A stretch of 64,000 nucleotides of DNA, taken from assembly GCA_963780185.1 (NCBI GenBank), contig CAWABA010000005.1, positions 1 through 64,000 of the forward strand, in the 5' to 3' direction. Shown here one piece after another: positions 20,259-33,810 of this stretch. Source of the stretch: Candidatus Bathyarchaeota archaeon. GTDB taxonomy: Archaea; Thermoproteota; Bathyarchaeia; Bathyarchaeales; Bathycorpusculaceae. The notes beneath the pieces are model-generated. The model saw nothing but the letters and a program-made list of their open reading frames with translations, was not told the origin of the DNA and did not search any database. Both the position numbers and the translations under genes were made by a program. The number at the start of each line of letters is the position of its first letter. Positions within the stretch are counted from its first letter, which is position 1.

Positions 20259-22204
20259 ATGCTTGAGCTTCTGTTTCCTTTAGGGTTAGCAGCATTTTTT
20301 CTTGCCATAATTTTGCCCCTCATCGGCTCAAAATTCATCAACAGCAAAATCTCCAGACAAGCTTCGCTCTTATTCACCTGCATCGCAAGCATCGCAATCT
20401 TGGCTTTTTCGCTGGAAATAATCTTCACGGGAAAAAGTTACGTCTTATTCGCTTACCAAATAACGCCCACATTCCAATTTTCCTTTATAGTTGATAGGTT
20501 AGCGGCATTTTTCCTTATCTTAGTCAGCATTGTTTCAGTTTCCGTTGCAATTTATTCGGTTGCATACGTGGAGCATATTGCGCATGAGCGGCAGGAAAAA
20601 CCTGATTGTTTCCTTCATGAACGTGTTCATTGTCTCCATGGTTCTGGTTGTTGCTTCAGATACGATGTTTTCGTTTCTGTTTTTCTGGGAAACCATGGCG
20701 TTCTCTTCTTTTCTTCTTGTGATGACGGAGTTTGAGAAACAGGAAACCCAGAAAGCAGGCATGTTCTACTTTGTCATGACGCATCTGAGCACTCTTTTCC
20801 TGCTCTTCGCATTCCTATTCATTTACACCCAAACAGGAACATTCAACATAGGGCAGATACAGGCAAACCCCCTAATTACGTCGGTTGCTTTTGTCTTTCT
20901 TTTCCTTGCATTCGGCATAAAAGCAGGCATAATTCCCTTCCACAAGTGGCTGCCGCTAGCGCATCCAGCAAGCCCATCAAACATATCCGCGCTTATGTCT
21001 GGAGTTATGATAAAAGTCGCCATCTACGGGTTAGTGCGGTTTGTTACTGCTTATGCCCATGCAAATGTGGTGGGGCATGCTTATCTTGGCGGCAGGAACA
21101 ATCTCGGCTGTGCTTGGGCGTAATCTACGCCCTTAAAGAACATGACATCAAACGTTTACTCGCTTACCACAGCATCGAAAACATCGGCATCATATTCATC
21201 GGCTTTGGCTTATACGTAATCTTCACGCTGTCAGGGCTCCCCGCCATCGGCTTACTTGCACTCGTAGGCGCTCTTTTCCACACATTAAACCATGCCATAT
21301 TCAAAAGCCTACTCTTCATGACATCAGGCTCCGTAGTCAACGCCACAGAAACAAGAAACATCGAAGAAATGGGCGGACTAATCAAACGAATGCCAACTAC
21401 AGCGCTGCTGTTTCTGATTGGCGCAGTCTCCATTTCAGCGTTGCCGCCTTTCAACGGCTTCGTAAGCGAACTCATGATTTTCCAAGCATTCTTCCAATCC
21501 GCAGCCTTAGCCAACCCATTCCTCGAGCTACTGCTCATTGTTGCCTTGGCGGTGTTCGCACTCACAAGTGCACTTGCAGCCGCATGCTTCGTGAAGGCTT
21601 TCGGAATTACGTTCCTTGCATTGCCCCGCTCAGAAGAAGCAAAAAACGCGAAGGAAGCGCCCAAACTCATGCTAATTGGTCCAGCTATACTTGCAGCCTT
21701 ATGCGTTGGGCTCGGAGTTTTTTCGCTTCAGATTTTCGGAGTCCTCGGCTTCTCTTTCCCGTTGCCCAACATGCTATTCATAGGAGCAGTATTAGCAGGG
21801 TTCTACGTGTTCGCGTTACGTTGCTTTGCGTGAAGTTGCTAACAGACGGGAAAGAATCGCTGAAACATGGGGCTGCGGAATCCCAACCCAAACATCCAAG
21901 ATGGAGTACACCGCCTCAGGGTTCTCAGAACCAATAGTCACAATCCTGAAATCGATTTTCCGCACCCAAAAGAAATCCGAACGCAACTATCACGACGACA
22001 AAAACGTGATTTTCAAGGATGGAAAAGCAGAAATTCACCTCATGAACTTCTTTGAGGAACGCGTGTACATGCCTGTCGCCAACTTTGTCAGAAAAGTTTC
22101 ACTGAAAGTTAACGATTTGCAGAGGGGCGACGTTGACTTGCATGTCGCGTACTGCTTTCGTAATTATAGTGGTTTTTCTACTGATAATTTGGTGGTTTGC
22201 ATGA
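20259..22204 (+). CDS. HyfB/NuoL-like antiporter membrane subunit of Ehr complex (several frameshifts)
   Basis: FLFFWE, KAGIIPFHKWLP.AHP.SP, KRLLAYHSIEN, NHAIFK, PPFNGF.SE, WGCG...MEYTASGFS across four overlapping ORFs. Confidence 0.85.
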
Positions 22205-23141
22205 ACTTCACACTAATCGCATACGGCATACTAAACATGTTGTTTGTTCTGTTAATCTCGCCGCTGTTTATCAGTCTCATAAAAAAGGTGAAAGCCCACG
22301 CTCAAAAAAGAAAAGGCCCATCCGTCCTGCAAACTTACCGCAACCTCGCCAAACTGCTAAAGAAAGAAACAGTTTACTCGGAGAACTCGTCATGGATAAT
22401 GCGTGTTACACCCCTTGTCAACATTGCCGCGTTCTGGTCGCAAGCCTTTTTGTTCCCCTGCTTCTCATCCCTCAACCGACGAACTTGGTGGGAAACATAA
22501 TTCTCTTCATTTACCTTTTAGCTCTCGCAAAGTTTTTCATGGCGCTCTCAGGACTTGACGCAGGCAGCACCTTCGGCGGCATGGGCAGCAGCCGCGAAAT
22601 GGCAATATCCGCATTAATCGAACCAGTCGCAATAGTAGTGTTCGCCGCCTTAGCGTTTGTCTTCAAAACCATAAACATCCCTGACATGTTCAGGGGCGCA
22701 TTAGCCTCAAACGTGCTGATTGACCCCGCTGTTATTCTCATATCCATTTCACTGTTCATAGTTTTAATCGTTGAGTCCGCAAGGGTTCCAGTTGACAATC
22801 CTGAAACACACCTTGAGTTAACGATGATTCATGAAGCCATGATTCTTGAGCAGTCAGGAAAGAACCTGGCGATGATGGAGCTGTCAAGCGCAATGAAGCA
22901 GCTTCTCCTCATGGGGCTACTCATCAACATCCTTTTTCCCTGGGGGTTAACGACAAATTTTACGGTTCCAGCAATTTTGATTTCACTTGCCGCCTTTGTC
23001 CTTAAAGCGCGGTGCTTGCCGTAATCATTGGTTTGTTTGAGTCTTCATGCGCTAAATCCAGGCTGTTTCGCCTGCCAGGCTTGTTTGCTTTGGCGTTGTT
23101 CCTCTCAGTCTATAACCTTGATTATTGTGGTGTTTGCATGA
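22201..23141 (+). CDS. HyfC/NuoH-like membrane subunit (frameshifted)
   Basis: KGPSVLQTYRNLAKLLKKE, GSTFGGMGSSRE, RVPVDNPETHLELTMIHEAMILE. Confidence 0.85.
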
Positions 23142-23877
23142 TAATTGCCTCTTTCAAAAGTTTAGCCGAAATCCTGATTGTCCTGATATTAGCCACAGAA
23201 GCCATCATTATAATGAAAAGGGACATTCTGTTCCCTCATAACGACGTATGCTTTCCAGTCCGTACTTTTGGCTGCGTTGGCTTTGCTGTTTTTTGTGGAA
23301 ACGGGCAGCTTCACTTTTCTTTGCCTTGCCGTAATTATTCTGGTAAGCAAAGTAGTGATTATACCTCACTTTATGGGGCTCGTGCAGAGAAAACTTAACA
23401 TAAAACGAGACATCCAATTCCACTTTCTCTCGCCTATAACATCCCTGTTCGCAAGCGTATTCATCATCCTGTTCGTTTATCTCTCATTCTCAAAACTTCT
23501 CTCACCGTTAAACCTCTATAATTCGAACGAGTTTTTCCTTAGGCGCCACAGTCGGCATGTCCATTGTTTTCATGGGCATGATAGTGATATTCACCCGAAA
23601 ACAAACAATCACCAACGTCGTCGGCTACCTCACAATGGAAAACGGCGTTGTCCTCTTCAGCCTATTCCTAACTGAGCTTCCACTGCTGATAGAGTTTCTC
23701 ATCGTCATAGACTTGATCATGATTACATTGATTGCAACCATATTGGCTTTCGGCATCGACTCGACAATCGAAGAATTCCACGCACGGCTCAACCCCTTCC
23801 AAGAACCACGGAAAAAAGTTCCTAACTTACCCGACATTGAAGTTGCGCAAAACCTCAGCGAGGAGGATCAACAATGA
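23138..23877 (+). CDS. HyfE-like membrane subunit (frameshifted)
   Basis: KVVIIP, GYLTMENG, PLLIE...D motifs. Confidence 0.8.
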
Positions 23878-25358
23878 TTTTGTCACTGAACATGATGTTA
23901 GCCGTTTACGGGTTAGTTGCGCTCGCGGTCTTGCTGCTAACTACTGCTTTCCAAGTCGCACAGAACAATGAATGTTTTATCGATCGTGCTTCCCGCATCA
24001 TACTTAGCGTTAACACTTTTCATCTTGACCTATTCGCGTGCTTCCAGGTTACTCTTTAGGCGGAGGCTACTTCCTTGTGGATCATTTGGCGCTCTACGAA
24101 GTCTTCATTTCGGCAGTTCTCTTTTTGTTAGCCGCCCTTTACTCTAAAGGATACATTGAGGGCTCAATAGAAATACATGAGATGGACCGCATCAACCTCA
24201 AACTTTTCTATGTCGCATTCAACCTGCTGCTTAGTCGCGATAACATACGCGTTCTTCTCAGACGACCTTGCCCTCTTCTGGATACTGGCTGAATTAACAA
24301 CGGCTTTCTCAGCAGTCCTCATCGTCATGCTCAACGCACCCAAAAACATCGGTGCAACGCTCAAGTACGTTTTCATAACTTCAACCTGCATGCTCTTTGC
24401 ATTCATCGGTCTCATACTCCTGTTCACTTGACCCAAAACAGCTCTCGGCGCAGGAACACTAAACTGGAGCACCCTCATGTCCGTTGCAAGCACACTGCCG
24501 CCGGGCATACTGTTTGCCTCGTTCATCTTCACGTTTGTGGGGTTTGCCGCAAAATCAGGCATCGTCCCATTCCACGCTTGGCTACCCAGCGCACACTCGA
24601 AAGCTCCCGCGCCAGTAAGCGCAATTCTGTCAGGCAGCGTCACAAGCGTCGGAATCTACGGAATAATCAGAATGTACGCCATCGTTGCCCAAAGCTCCGA
24701 GCTGTCCAAAATCTCGATCTTCCTGATTGCCCTTGGCGCCACAAGCATGATTGTTGCAGCCTTAACGATGATTAATCAGGTGAACCTCAAAAAACTAATA
24801 GGCTACTCAACTGTGGAAAACATGGGGTTCCTCCTTGTAGGTTTAGGCATAGGCGGCGCAGTGGCTATTTTCTGGATGCTGTTCTACATACTTGCTCACG
24901 CTTTCACGAAGGCGTCTCTGTTTTTCTCAGCAGGCATAATGCATCATCAGTTCGAAAGCGTCAGGATGGAAAACATAAAAAACGCCTTCAAACTGCAACC
25001 CTTCGCCTCCTGGAGCCTCATACTGGGAACAGTAGCCATCACAGGCATGCCGCTATCAGCGATTTTCCTCCCCAAAATCTCAATTCTCCTGCAATCAGAC
25101 AAGCTGTCGCCAGCTTTGCTTTTCGGTTTGCTGTTAATTTTCCTTTTCGCAGCAGCAGCCTTCGGAGTTTTCCTAATTAAGATGCTGTCTCGGAAAGAAG
25201 AAGGAAAATCTGACGAGATTAAGCATTATCAGGCAACGTTAGGCATGAAAATCTCAATCGTGGTACTTTTGGCTATGGTTTTTGTTCTCGGGGTGTTTCT
25301 CCCGCAGCAACTAAACGATTTGTTGAAAACAATCGTGTCTGAACTGGGCATAAGGTGA
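23874..25358 (+). CDS. HyfF-like antiporter membrane subunit (frameshifted)
   Basis: WILAELTT, KSGIVPFHAWLPSAHSKAPAPVSAILSG, KKLIGYSTVENMG, HAFTKASLF. Confidence 0.85.
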
Positions 25359-25363
25359 AATAA

Positions 25364-26924
25364 ATGAATATGAAGCAAGAATTGGAAAATCTGTTAGGGC
25401 AAAAACAGGAAGTAGTTGAAGGCTTAAACAGCGAGCTTTATTTGCCGTTGAACGAAGCCGAATTGCAAAACGCCATAAAAGTGCTGTCTGAAAATAACTT
25501 TGATTTGGTCACTTTATTCTGTGTCGAAAATTTTGACAAAACAGGATTCACCCTCTTTTACGCCTTCGAAAAAAATGGCTATGAAGAAATATTGGTTTTG
25601 CAGGCAGCACTAAGCGGCAATCAAGCCGTTTCAATAGCCAAAACTTTCCCTTCCGCAAGCTGGTACGAACGCGAAGCCACCGACGGGTTCGGAGTGGAAT
25701 TTCCTGGCGCTTTCGACAAACGAAGACTCCTCTTGCATGAAAATTACCCATCAGGCTTTCATCCGCTTCTAAAATCTTTCAAAAACGGAAAAATAGAAAC
25801 CCAAACGTCGGACATGCAAAGCGAATACGTTTTCAAACATGTTGAGGGCGAAGGCGTTTACCAGATTCCAGTTGGGCCTGTTCACGCGGGAATTATAGAG
25901 CCAGGGCATTTTCGTTTCAGCGTTATTGGAGAGACGATTTTTAATCTTGAGGTGCGACTTTTCTACAAGCACCGCGGTTTAGAGAAACTTGCCGAAGGCA
26001 TGCAGCCGAAAGACTGCGTTAAAATTGCTGAAAGCATAAGTGGCGATGAATCTGTGGCTAATGCGGTGGCTTTCTGTATTTCCGTGGAAAAAATCTGTGG
26101 CGTCGCGGTGCCGAAGCGGGCTTTGCAGCTGCGAACAATTTTTCTGGAGCTTGAACGGGTTTACTCTCATTTGGGCGATTTAGCAGGCATGTGCGTAGAC
26201 GTAGCTTACCCGGTTGGCGCCAGCCCCTTCTTTATTCTAAGAGAGGAACTTTTCAGGTTAAACGAGGCGTTGACGGGTTCCCGATTCATGAAGGGCATAA
26301 TTGCCTTGGGCGGCTTAACCAAGGATGCGCCGATCGGGAGCCTTGCAGAACCTTTCAGCGTACCTACAGGCGTTTCCAGTGAGGCTGGGAGTCGCCGCTG
26401 GAGTAGATAACACTTATTTCTCGGTCATCGACAGGTTCGAAACCACCGGCAAAGTTAAGCCCGAAATCCTCTCACCGCTCCACATTACAGGTCCCGTTTC
26501 GAGGGCTTCAGGAAAAATGACGGACACCCGCATCAACCACCCCTACGGACTGTACAGAGAATTACATGTCAAACGAAGAACTCTACCCAACGGCGATGTC
26601 CTCGCCAGATTCAACCTTAAAACCGCGGAAGTACTTGACTCCGTGAAAATAATTCAGGACATAATCAAGAAATTAGACACGGGGGAAGTGTCGGCGCCCT
26701 GCCAAATCAGGGACGGGTACGCGTTGTCTTTGGTTGAGTCTGCTCGGGGACAGAACGTTCACTGGGTCCTAATCAAAAACGGGTTAGTGGACAGGTACAA
26801 AGTGAGGACTGCTTCTTTCTGTAACTGGCAAGCAATGGAACATGCGGTTCTCGGAAACATTGTTCCTGATTTTCCCCTCATTAACAAAAGTATGAATCTA
26901 TCTTATGCGGGTACGGACTTGTGA
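25364..26924 (+). CDS. hydrogenase-related large subunit (EhrL, NuoCD-like, no NiFe cysteines); frameshift near 26335
   Basis: VGPVHAGIIEPGHFRF, HRGLEK, ESISGD replacing RxCGxC, C-terminal DFPLINKSMNLSYAGTDL replacing DPCxxC. Confidence 0.9.
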
Positions 26925-27463
26925 TTTTTATGGCAAAAGCTATTTCAAATGTTTTAAGAAAAAAAGTAACGGAAGACTTCGAATTTAAGGATGCAGAATT
27001 CGAGGGCATCGGCCTGCAACTAAAAGAAAAGGTTGACCGAGTTTTCGGCAGAAGCCTAGCTATCCGCGAATTAGACACGGGAAGCGATAACTCAGTGGAG
27101 ATTGAGCTGAATAATCTTAGCACTCCATACTATGACGTTGAACGCTTCGGCATATCCTTCGTCGCTTCACCCCGACACGCTGACGTTCTCATAGTTACAG
27201 GCGCCATAACACGCAACATGGAAACTGCCGCAAAGAAAACATACGACGCCATGCCCGCGCCCAAATTTGTCGTGGCAGTAGGTGACGACGCCTGCGGCTG
27301 CGGAATCTGGAACAATTCTTACGCCGTTCTGGGTGGAGCAGACAAAATCTTCAACGTTGACTTAAAAATTCCTGGAAACCCACCGTCTCCCAGAGACATT
27401 CTTCGAGGTCTGCTTGGATTCATTAACGAAATAGAGAAGCAGCCCAAAAAATTGACGAAATAA
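26921..27463 (+). CDS. hydrogenase-related small subunit (EhrS, NuoB-like)
   Basis: GRSLAIRE, YDVERFGISFVASPRHAD, P.PKFVVAVG, IPG.PP.P. Confidence 0.88.
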   Translation: MIFMAKAISNVLRKKVTEDFEFKDAEFEGIGLQLKEKVDRVFGRSLAIRELDTGSDNSVEIELNNLSTPYYDVERFGISFVASPRHADVLIVTGAITRNMETAAKKTYDAMPAPKFVVAVGDDACGCGIWNNSYAVLGGADKIFNVDLKIPGNPPSPRDILRGLLGFINEIEKQPKKLTK

Positions 27464-27540
27464 AGTAAGAATTAGGGGTGGCTCCAGTTTAGTAAGGGTT
27501 CAATTCAAGCCCAGCGCCACAACTAAACTTCCTAGAGTTA

Positions 27541-28461
27541 TCAATAAATGCAGATGATGTTCGGAACAATTTGCCCTGTCGAAGCGTCGATTAGAATTTG
27601 GCGAGGTACAGCACTGTTGGTTAAACTCAGGAGACTCGACCTTTGGATGTCTATTTGCCATACGTATTGGTAAATCACGCCGTTGCCGTAAACATCCGAG
27701 TAGGATGCAGGTGGGTTTGTTACGTAGGTTGGGTTTAGAGACGAACCTGTTTCGTAATTGCTCAGGGATGGGTTTGTTGTATAAGGGCTAAGATTTTGCA
27801 AAAATGCTGTAAAGTTGGTCACAGTTTTCCAGTACACAAGATTGATACTGACCGTCATGCCTTGAAGTGATGTCTTGTTCCAACCACCTGTTTCAAACCC
27901 CATCAGCAGTGCTTGGTACATTGAAATTGGCGGTGTAAATGAAGAGTTAATGTTTGTGACTGGAACCACTGCCCCAAATTCATTCTGGTATGCGGCGGCT
28001 TCTGGATTTAATCCCCTGAAGAAATTGTTTTCCTTATGCAGACTAACCGTTTGATTATACTCAAATATTGCAATTGTTGAACTTGCGATTAGGAGCGCTA
28101 CAAGCAAGAATGCAACAGGTTTTAAGCCGACTTTACGGCTAAAATGATGCTTAAGTGTTTTCGTTTTGACATTGTTTTTTGTGGTTGCGTTCTCCACTGT
28201 TTGCACCGTTAGCAAAGCGTCTTTTCCTTGGTCAGAGAGGCAGTACTTGCCATAATCGTCGGTTTTTATGAGTCCGTTAAGTTTGGTTAAGTGATGCTGC
28301 AGGTGTCCGCTGCTTTCAATGGATGTCTTCTTCTTCAGGTCGGCAAAACCGATGGCGCCTTCGTTTAGAACTTTTAAAATGAGTATGCGTGTCGGATGTC
28401 CAAGTGCATCGAATACTTCTGCACGTTGCCTGTCGTCTTCAACCTGCCTTTCGTCTTCCAT
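27541..28461 (-). CDS. ArsR-type wHTH regulator with TM helix and extracellular domain
   Basis: FDALGHPTRILIL, SSGHLQHHL, one hydrophobic helix, IDASTG C-terminus. Confidence 0.75.
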   Translation of the reverse strand: MEDERQVEDDRQRAEVFDALGHPTRILILKVLNEGAIGFADLKKKTSIESSGHLQHHLTKLNGLIKTDDYGKYCLSDQGKDALLTVQTVENATTKNNVKTKTLKHHFSRKVGLKPVAFLLVALLIASSTIAIFEYNQTVSLHKENNFFRGLNPEAAAYQNEFGAVVPVTNINSSFTPPISMYQALLMGFETGGWNKTSLQGMTVSINLVYWKTVTNFTAFLQNLSPYTTNPSLSNYETGSSLNPTYVTNPPASYSDVYGNGVIYQYVWQIDIQRSSLLSLTNSAVPRQILIDASTGQIVPNIICIY

Positions 28462-28744
28462 TTTCCATAGACCTTATCTTGCCCATGTCATATCCATTAG
28501 TCTATTTAATCCCTCTTTTGTAGACCTAATGAAAAAGTCGATTAACGGTTAGTCCAGTTATCTGGACACCAATTAATTAGGAAAAAAACCTCTTCCCGAA
28601 CAATTGTATGCCCATCCTCTTTGTTGTAGCCAAGCTTATACATCGGAAGACGACTAACTTGAAATGAAACCTTTTTCTACAACTACCTGTATCCATCCGC
28701 GGCTCTTTGGCCGAACCCTCTGATTTAGCGGGATGGTTTTTCGG

Positions 28745-29029
28745 CTAATTTGCATTTGGCAGATTTATTTCGCCTGTAGCCATCAGAACCTGCTCTGCCA
28801 AGAACACTTCCAACGAGTCAAGCGCTGAATCGTGGCTTGCTTGCTTGTGTTCGGCTAAATGGTTTTTTATGGCTCGGTTCATGGCTTTTAAATCGGGAAC
28901 TACTAAAATTTCTGAGCCGCATACACATCTGACAGTTGGCATGCTTTTCGTATGAACGGCGGACTTACTTTTTCGTTGCTGGCGGGATACATAGTTAATT
29001 TCTTGGAACCTTCTTTTTGTCATGTGCAA
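28745..29029 (-). CDS. small hypothetical protein, possible Zn-binding (CxC...H...H)
   Basis: RCVCGSEILVVPDLKAM..AI.NH..EH. Confidence 0.5.
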   Translation of the reverse strand: MHMTKRRFQEINYVSRQQRKSKSAVHTKSMPTVRCVCGSEILVVPDLKAMNRAIKNHLAEHKQASHDSALDSLEVFLAEQVLMATGEINLPNAN

Positions 29030-29258
29030 AACTCTTCTTGCCCACTTTTTGATCTATGCTGGAGCAAGTGGTATCTTCTTTATTCTGCGCAAAATATAAA
29101 ATTCTGTTGTAGGCTTGGCACAATCACAGAAACAGCGGGTCAAAATTTCCTTTAATTTAGTTAGATTTAGGTTCATTTCTTTGATTCTGAATGCGGTTTC
29201 GCATGAATCAAGCAACTGGAAATAGCAAAAGTTTATAAAAAGAAAATCACGTTTTCCA

Positions 29259-29573
29259 TTGGAAAGACCACGGGTGAAACTGGAAACTCGTGAGGCAACG
29301 AGAATGAGACGATCAAAACTAGAAACGTACGTTGACATCCTCAAAGTGTTGGCACATATGGGTCCCTTGAAGCTGACACACATCATGAACAAAGCCAACG
29401 TCAACAGCAGCCTACTAAACAAGCATCTGGGCTTTCTAATCGAACAAGGCTTGGTAGAAGAACGAACACTTAAGAAAAGCCGTACAGTTTTCGCAGTCAC
29501 GCAACGTGGCATAAACGTGCTGAAGTATTTCCGAGAACCCCTGCAAGAAATATCTGTCCTAGAAAAAGCATAA
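29259..29573 (+). CDS. archaeal winged-helix transcription regulator
   Basis: MRRSKLE..VDIL, THIM.KAN, L.FL...GL, T.RG. Confidence 0.8.
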   Translation: MERPRVKLETREATRMRRSKLETYVDILKVLAHMGPLKLTHIMNKANVNSSLLNKHLGFLIEQGLVEERTLKKSRTVFAVTQRGINVLKYFREPLQEISVLEKA

Positions 29574-29659
29574 CATCAAACAAAAGCCCTATCGCGAAAT
29601 GGACGTCAAAGATGGGTTCACTTGCTCTTCTTGAATTCCAGCCTTCAAAAACAAGAAGC

Positions 29660-30250
29660 TTATCTTTTTTGGGAGAGCAAAAAGAAACCGAATTCCCCAA
29701 GCAGGTTCGGCAGAAAACGCATTTGTTTTTCGCCTGATTTGAAGAAGGCACTTTCGATTTGGATGTTTTTGCTTTTGCAATAGTCCCGAAAGTCGTTTAG
29801 GCTGAGAAAGTGCAGGTTCGGCGTGTTATACCATTGATAGGGCAGCGATGCCGTGACTGGGACGCGTCCGCTGAAGAAGATTTTGGCTCTGGCTTTGTAA
29901 TGCGCGAAGTTGGGGATGCCGACTATGGTTTTTTTGCCTACTCGCAGGGCTTCTTGGAGGGCGAAATCGGGTTTTTTTACTTGCTGCAGGGTCTGGTTTA
30001 AAATGACGTAGTCGAATGAGCCGTCAGTGTACTCAGACAGTCCCGTGTCGATGTCCTGCTGGAAAACGCTCAAACCATCGGCGACGCATCGCAAAATGGC
30101 GTGTTCGTCGAGTTCGATGCCTTGGGCACGTACATGCCGTTCTCGTATCAGGTAGGATAGGAGTTTGCCGTTTCCGCAGCCCAAATCAAGTACAGACGCG
30201 CCGTCGAAAATCCATTTGGCGAAGGCTTTGTATTCAGCGGGTTGCGTCAT
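29660..30250 (-). CDS. metW: methionine biosynthesis protein MetW
   Basis: [32 protein letters not shown]; downstream of metX. Confidence 0.92.
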   Translation of the reverse strand: MTQPAEYKAFAKWIFDGASVLDLGCGNGKLLSYLIRERHVRAQGIELDEHAILRCVADGLSVFQQDIDTGLSEYTDGSFDYVILNQTLQQVKKPDFALQEALRVGKKTIVGIPNFAHYKARAKIFFSGRVPVTASLPYQWYNTPNLHFLSLNDFRDYCKSKNIQIESAFFKSGEKQMRFLPNLLGEFGFFLLSQKR

Positions 30251-31395
30251 CGTCTGTTGTGCTCCTTGTCGTTGTTATGGACACGGTTTAGGAAGTTGCT
30301 TATCAGGTGTGCCTCTTGTTCGGTTTCAAGCAAGAAGGCGTCGTGTCCGTAGGTTGAGTTTAGTTCACAGTAGCTTGCATCTACACCAGCCAATTTGCAT
30401 GCCTTCACGATTTCCTGTGACTGGTACGCTGGGTAGAGCCAATCTGACTTGAATGCGAGGACAAGCACTTTTGCCTGCAACCCGCGAAAGATGTCTCCGA
30501 GGCTGTGCCCATTTAAGATGTTGAAGTAGTCTATGGCTTTGGTTATGTAGAGGTAGCTGTTTGCGTCGAACCGTTTAACGAAGTTGTCGCCGCGGTTACG
30601 CAGGTAACCTTCTACCTCAAAGTCCGCGCCGAACTTGAAGGGTGCCTTCTCTGACCTGAATTTTCGACCGAACTTATCCGCCATTGAAGCATCACTCATG
30701 TAAGTGATGTGCCCAATCATTCTTGCAATAGCTAACCCTTTGGCGGGGATGCTGCGGCTGTAGTAGTCGCCGCCTCGCCAGTTGGAATCTGCCATGACCG
30801 CTTGTCTGCCGACCTCGTTGAAAGCTATCTGCTGAGGCGTATGCTTCATCGTTGTGGCGATCGGGATGGCTGCGCGTATTCGTTTGGGGTAAGATGTCAT
30901 CCACTGCAGAACCTGCATGCCGCCCATGGACCCGCCGACTACCGCCAACAGTTTTTCGATGCCTAAGTGGTCGATGAGGTGCCGTTGCGCCTTAACCATG
31001 TCGCCCACCGTGACCAGCGGGAAGCTGATGCCGTAGGGTTTGCCTGTTTTGGGGTTGGTTGATGATGGGCCTGTGGAGCCTTGGCAGCCTCCTAGAACGT
31101 TGCTGCATATGACGAAGTATTTGTCGGTGTCGATTCCTTTGCCTTGACCGATCAGGTTGCTCCACCAGCCGCCAGGTTCCGCGGCATGAGCATCCCCAGT
31201 GAGTGCATGCAAAACCAGAATGGCGTTGGATTTTTCCGAGTCAAGTTTGCCGAACGTTTCGTAGGCAAGGGTTACGGGACCAAGCTTTTCGCCTGATTCC
31301 AACGTAAACTCGTTTGGCGCACACCCAAAAGTGTAGCTGCACTGCGTTTGGGCGTTTTCGGGGGGTTTTGTTGTGATGAGCTTGTTTGCCTCCAT
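30247..31395 (-). CDS. metX: homoserine O-acetyltransferase
   Basis: [36 protein letters not shown]. Confidence 0.95.
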   Translation of the reverse strand: MEANKLITTKPPENAQTQCSYTFGCAPNEFTLESGEKLGPVTLAYETFGKLDSEKSNAILVLHALTGDAHAAEPGGWWSNLIGQGKGIDTDKYFVICSNVLGGCQGSTGPSSTNPKTGKPYGISFPLVTVGDMVKAQRHLIDHLGIEKLLAVVGGSMGGMQVLQWMTSYPKRIRAAIPIATTMKHTPQQIAFNEVGRQAVMADSNWRGGDYYSRSIPAKGLAIARMIGHITYMSDASMADKFGRKFRSEKAPFKFGADFEVEGYLRNRGDNFVKRFDANSYLYITKAIDYFNILNGHSLGDIFRGLQAKVLVLAFKSDWLYPAYQSQEIVKACKLAGVDASYCELNSTYGHDAFLLETEQEAHLISNFLNRVHNNDKEHNRR

Positions 31396-31417
31396 AAAAT
31401 AAAAAAAGGTTGATTGT

Positions 31418-32821
<1,404 letters not shown>

Positions 32822-32832
32822 CTATACAAACC

Positions 32833-33387
32833 ATGCTTCCAGCCCTAACTGACATAGCTAAGAAAAGGCGCCAACTCGGTCTGAAACAAGCCGAACTCGC
32901 AAAGATGGCAGGCGTCAGCCAATCCCTAATCGCAAAGCTGGAAGCCGGAAAAATCGATTCCTCCTACACCAAAGTAAAAACAATTTTTGAAACCCTTGAG
33001 CGACTGGAAGCCAAAACCAAGCTTTCGGCTGGCAAAATGTTCCAAACCGAAGTCATCAGCGTCCAACGAAATGATCCAGTCGCCAAAGTCGTAGAATTGA
33101 TGAAGACCCACGGATACTCGCAGCTTCCTGTTTTTGAAGGAAAGCACTCAGTCGGCAGCATATCAGAGAAAACCATTTTGCGTCAAATCTTAGATGGAAA
33201 AGGTTTACCCCAGATTTCACAGATTGCCACGGGAGAAATTATGGAGGAGGCATTTCCGCAGGTGGGCGAGGATGCGCCGTTGAGTTTGATTTCTGATCTT
33301 TTACAGGTTTATTCTGCTGTTCTGATTTCCCGAAGGGGCAGAGTTGTGGGTATTATTACTAAGGCTGACTTGCTTAGGATGATTTAG
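32833..33387 (+). CDS. XRE-HTH plus CBS-pair transcriptional regulator
   Basis: LKQAELAKMAGVSQSLIAKLEAGK followed by YSQLPV and GIITKADLL CBS motifs. Confidence 0.9.
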   Translation: MLPALTDIAKKRRQLGLKQAELAKMAGVSQSLIAKLEAGKIDSSYTKVKTIFETLERLEAKTKLSAGKMFQTEVISVQRNDPVAKVVELMKTHGYSQLPVFEGKHSVGSISEKTILRQILDGKGLPQISQIATGEIMEEAFPQVGEDAPLSLISDLLQVYSAVLISRRGRVVGIITKADLLRMI

Positions 33388-33411
33388 GGGCAGGGAAAAC
33401 AATTTTATAAG

Positions 33412-33426
33412 TATAAGCGTGTTATA
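33412..33426. promoter_or_regulatory. palindromic operator TATAAG-CGT-GTTATA
   Basis: Directly after TTTTATAA TATA box and before the start at 33429. Confidence 0.65.
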
Positions 33427-33428
33427 GT

Positions 33429-33755
33429 TTGAGGCAAATGAATCCCAGATGCGAAGCCATCGGCAAATATGTTGTTCCCCTTTTCAGGTCACTTGTTGCA
33501 AAAGAACTCATCAACACCTATAACCTCACGCAGGTCGAAGCGGCGCATCGACTGGGAACAACTCAGGCAGCCATAAGCCAGTACATTAATTCGAAGAGGG
33601 CAATCAGGGGGATGGAGCAGTTCGACGATATAGTTCCAAAGATTCAGGCGATGGCGAGCGAGACGGCTAAGCGCCTTGCTAATAAAGAGATTACCTCAGA
33701 TGAAATGACTGTGGATTTTTGCAAGCTGTGCGTTTCTTTTTGCTGTAAGCCGTGA
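33429..33755 (+). CDS. archaeal HTH regulator (COG2522-like) with conserved Cys
   Basis: PRCE, LTQVEAAHRLGTTQAAISQY..SKR, CKLC. Confidence 0.8.
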   Translation: MRQMNPRCEAIGKYVVPLFRSLVAKELINTYNLTQVEAAHRLGTTQAAISQYINSKRAIRGMEQFDDIVPKIQAMASETAKRLANKEITSDEMTVDFCKLCVSFCCKP

Positions 33756-33810
33756 AGGCGTTTGGTTTTTGGTCTGGGTACCGTAAAGGTTTTAAATATC
33801 TTAGCCTGAC

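Noticed and set aside
20259-27463. Group 4 [NiFe]-hydrogenase / formate hydrogenlyase
   Set aside because: Large subunit lacks both CxxC nickel-binding motifs and no maturation genes are present
28692-28742. Hairpin CCATCCGC...GCGGGATGG as an ncRNA
   Set aside because: Short, directly after a stop codon, and consistent with a terminator-like or chance stem
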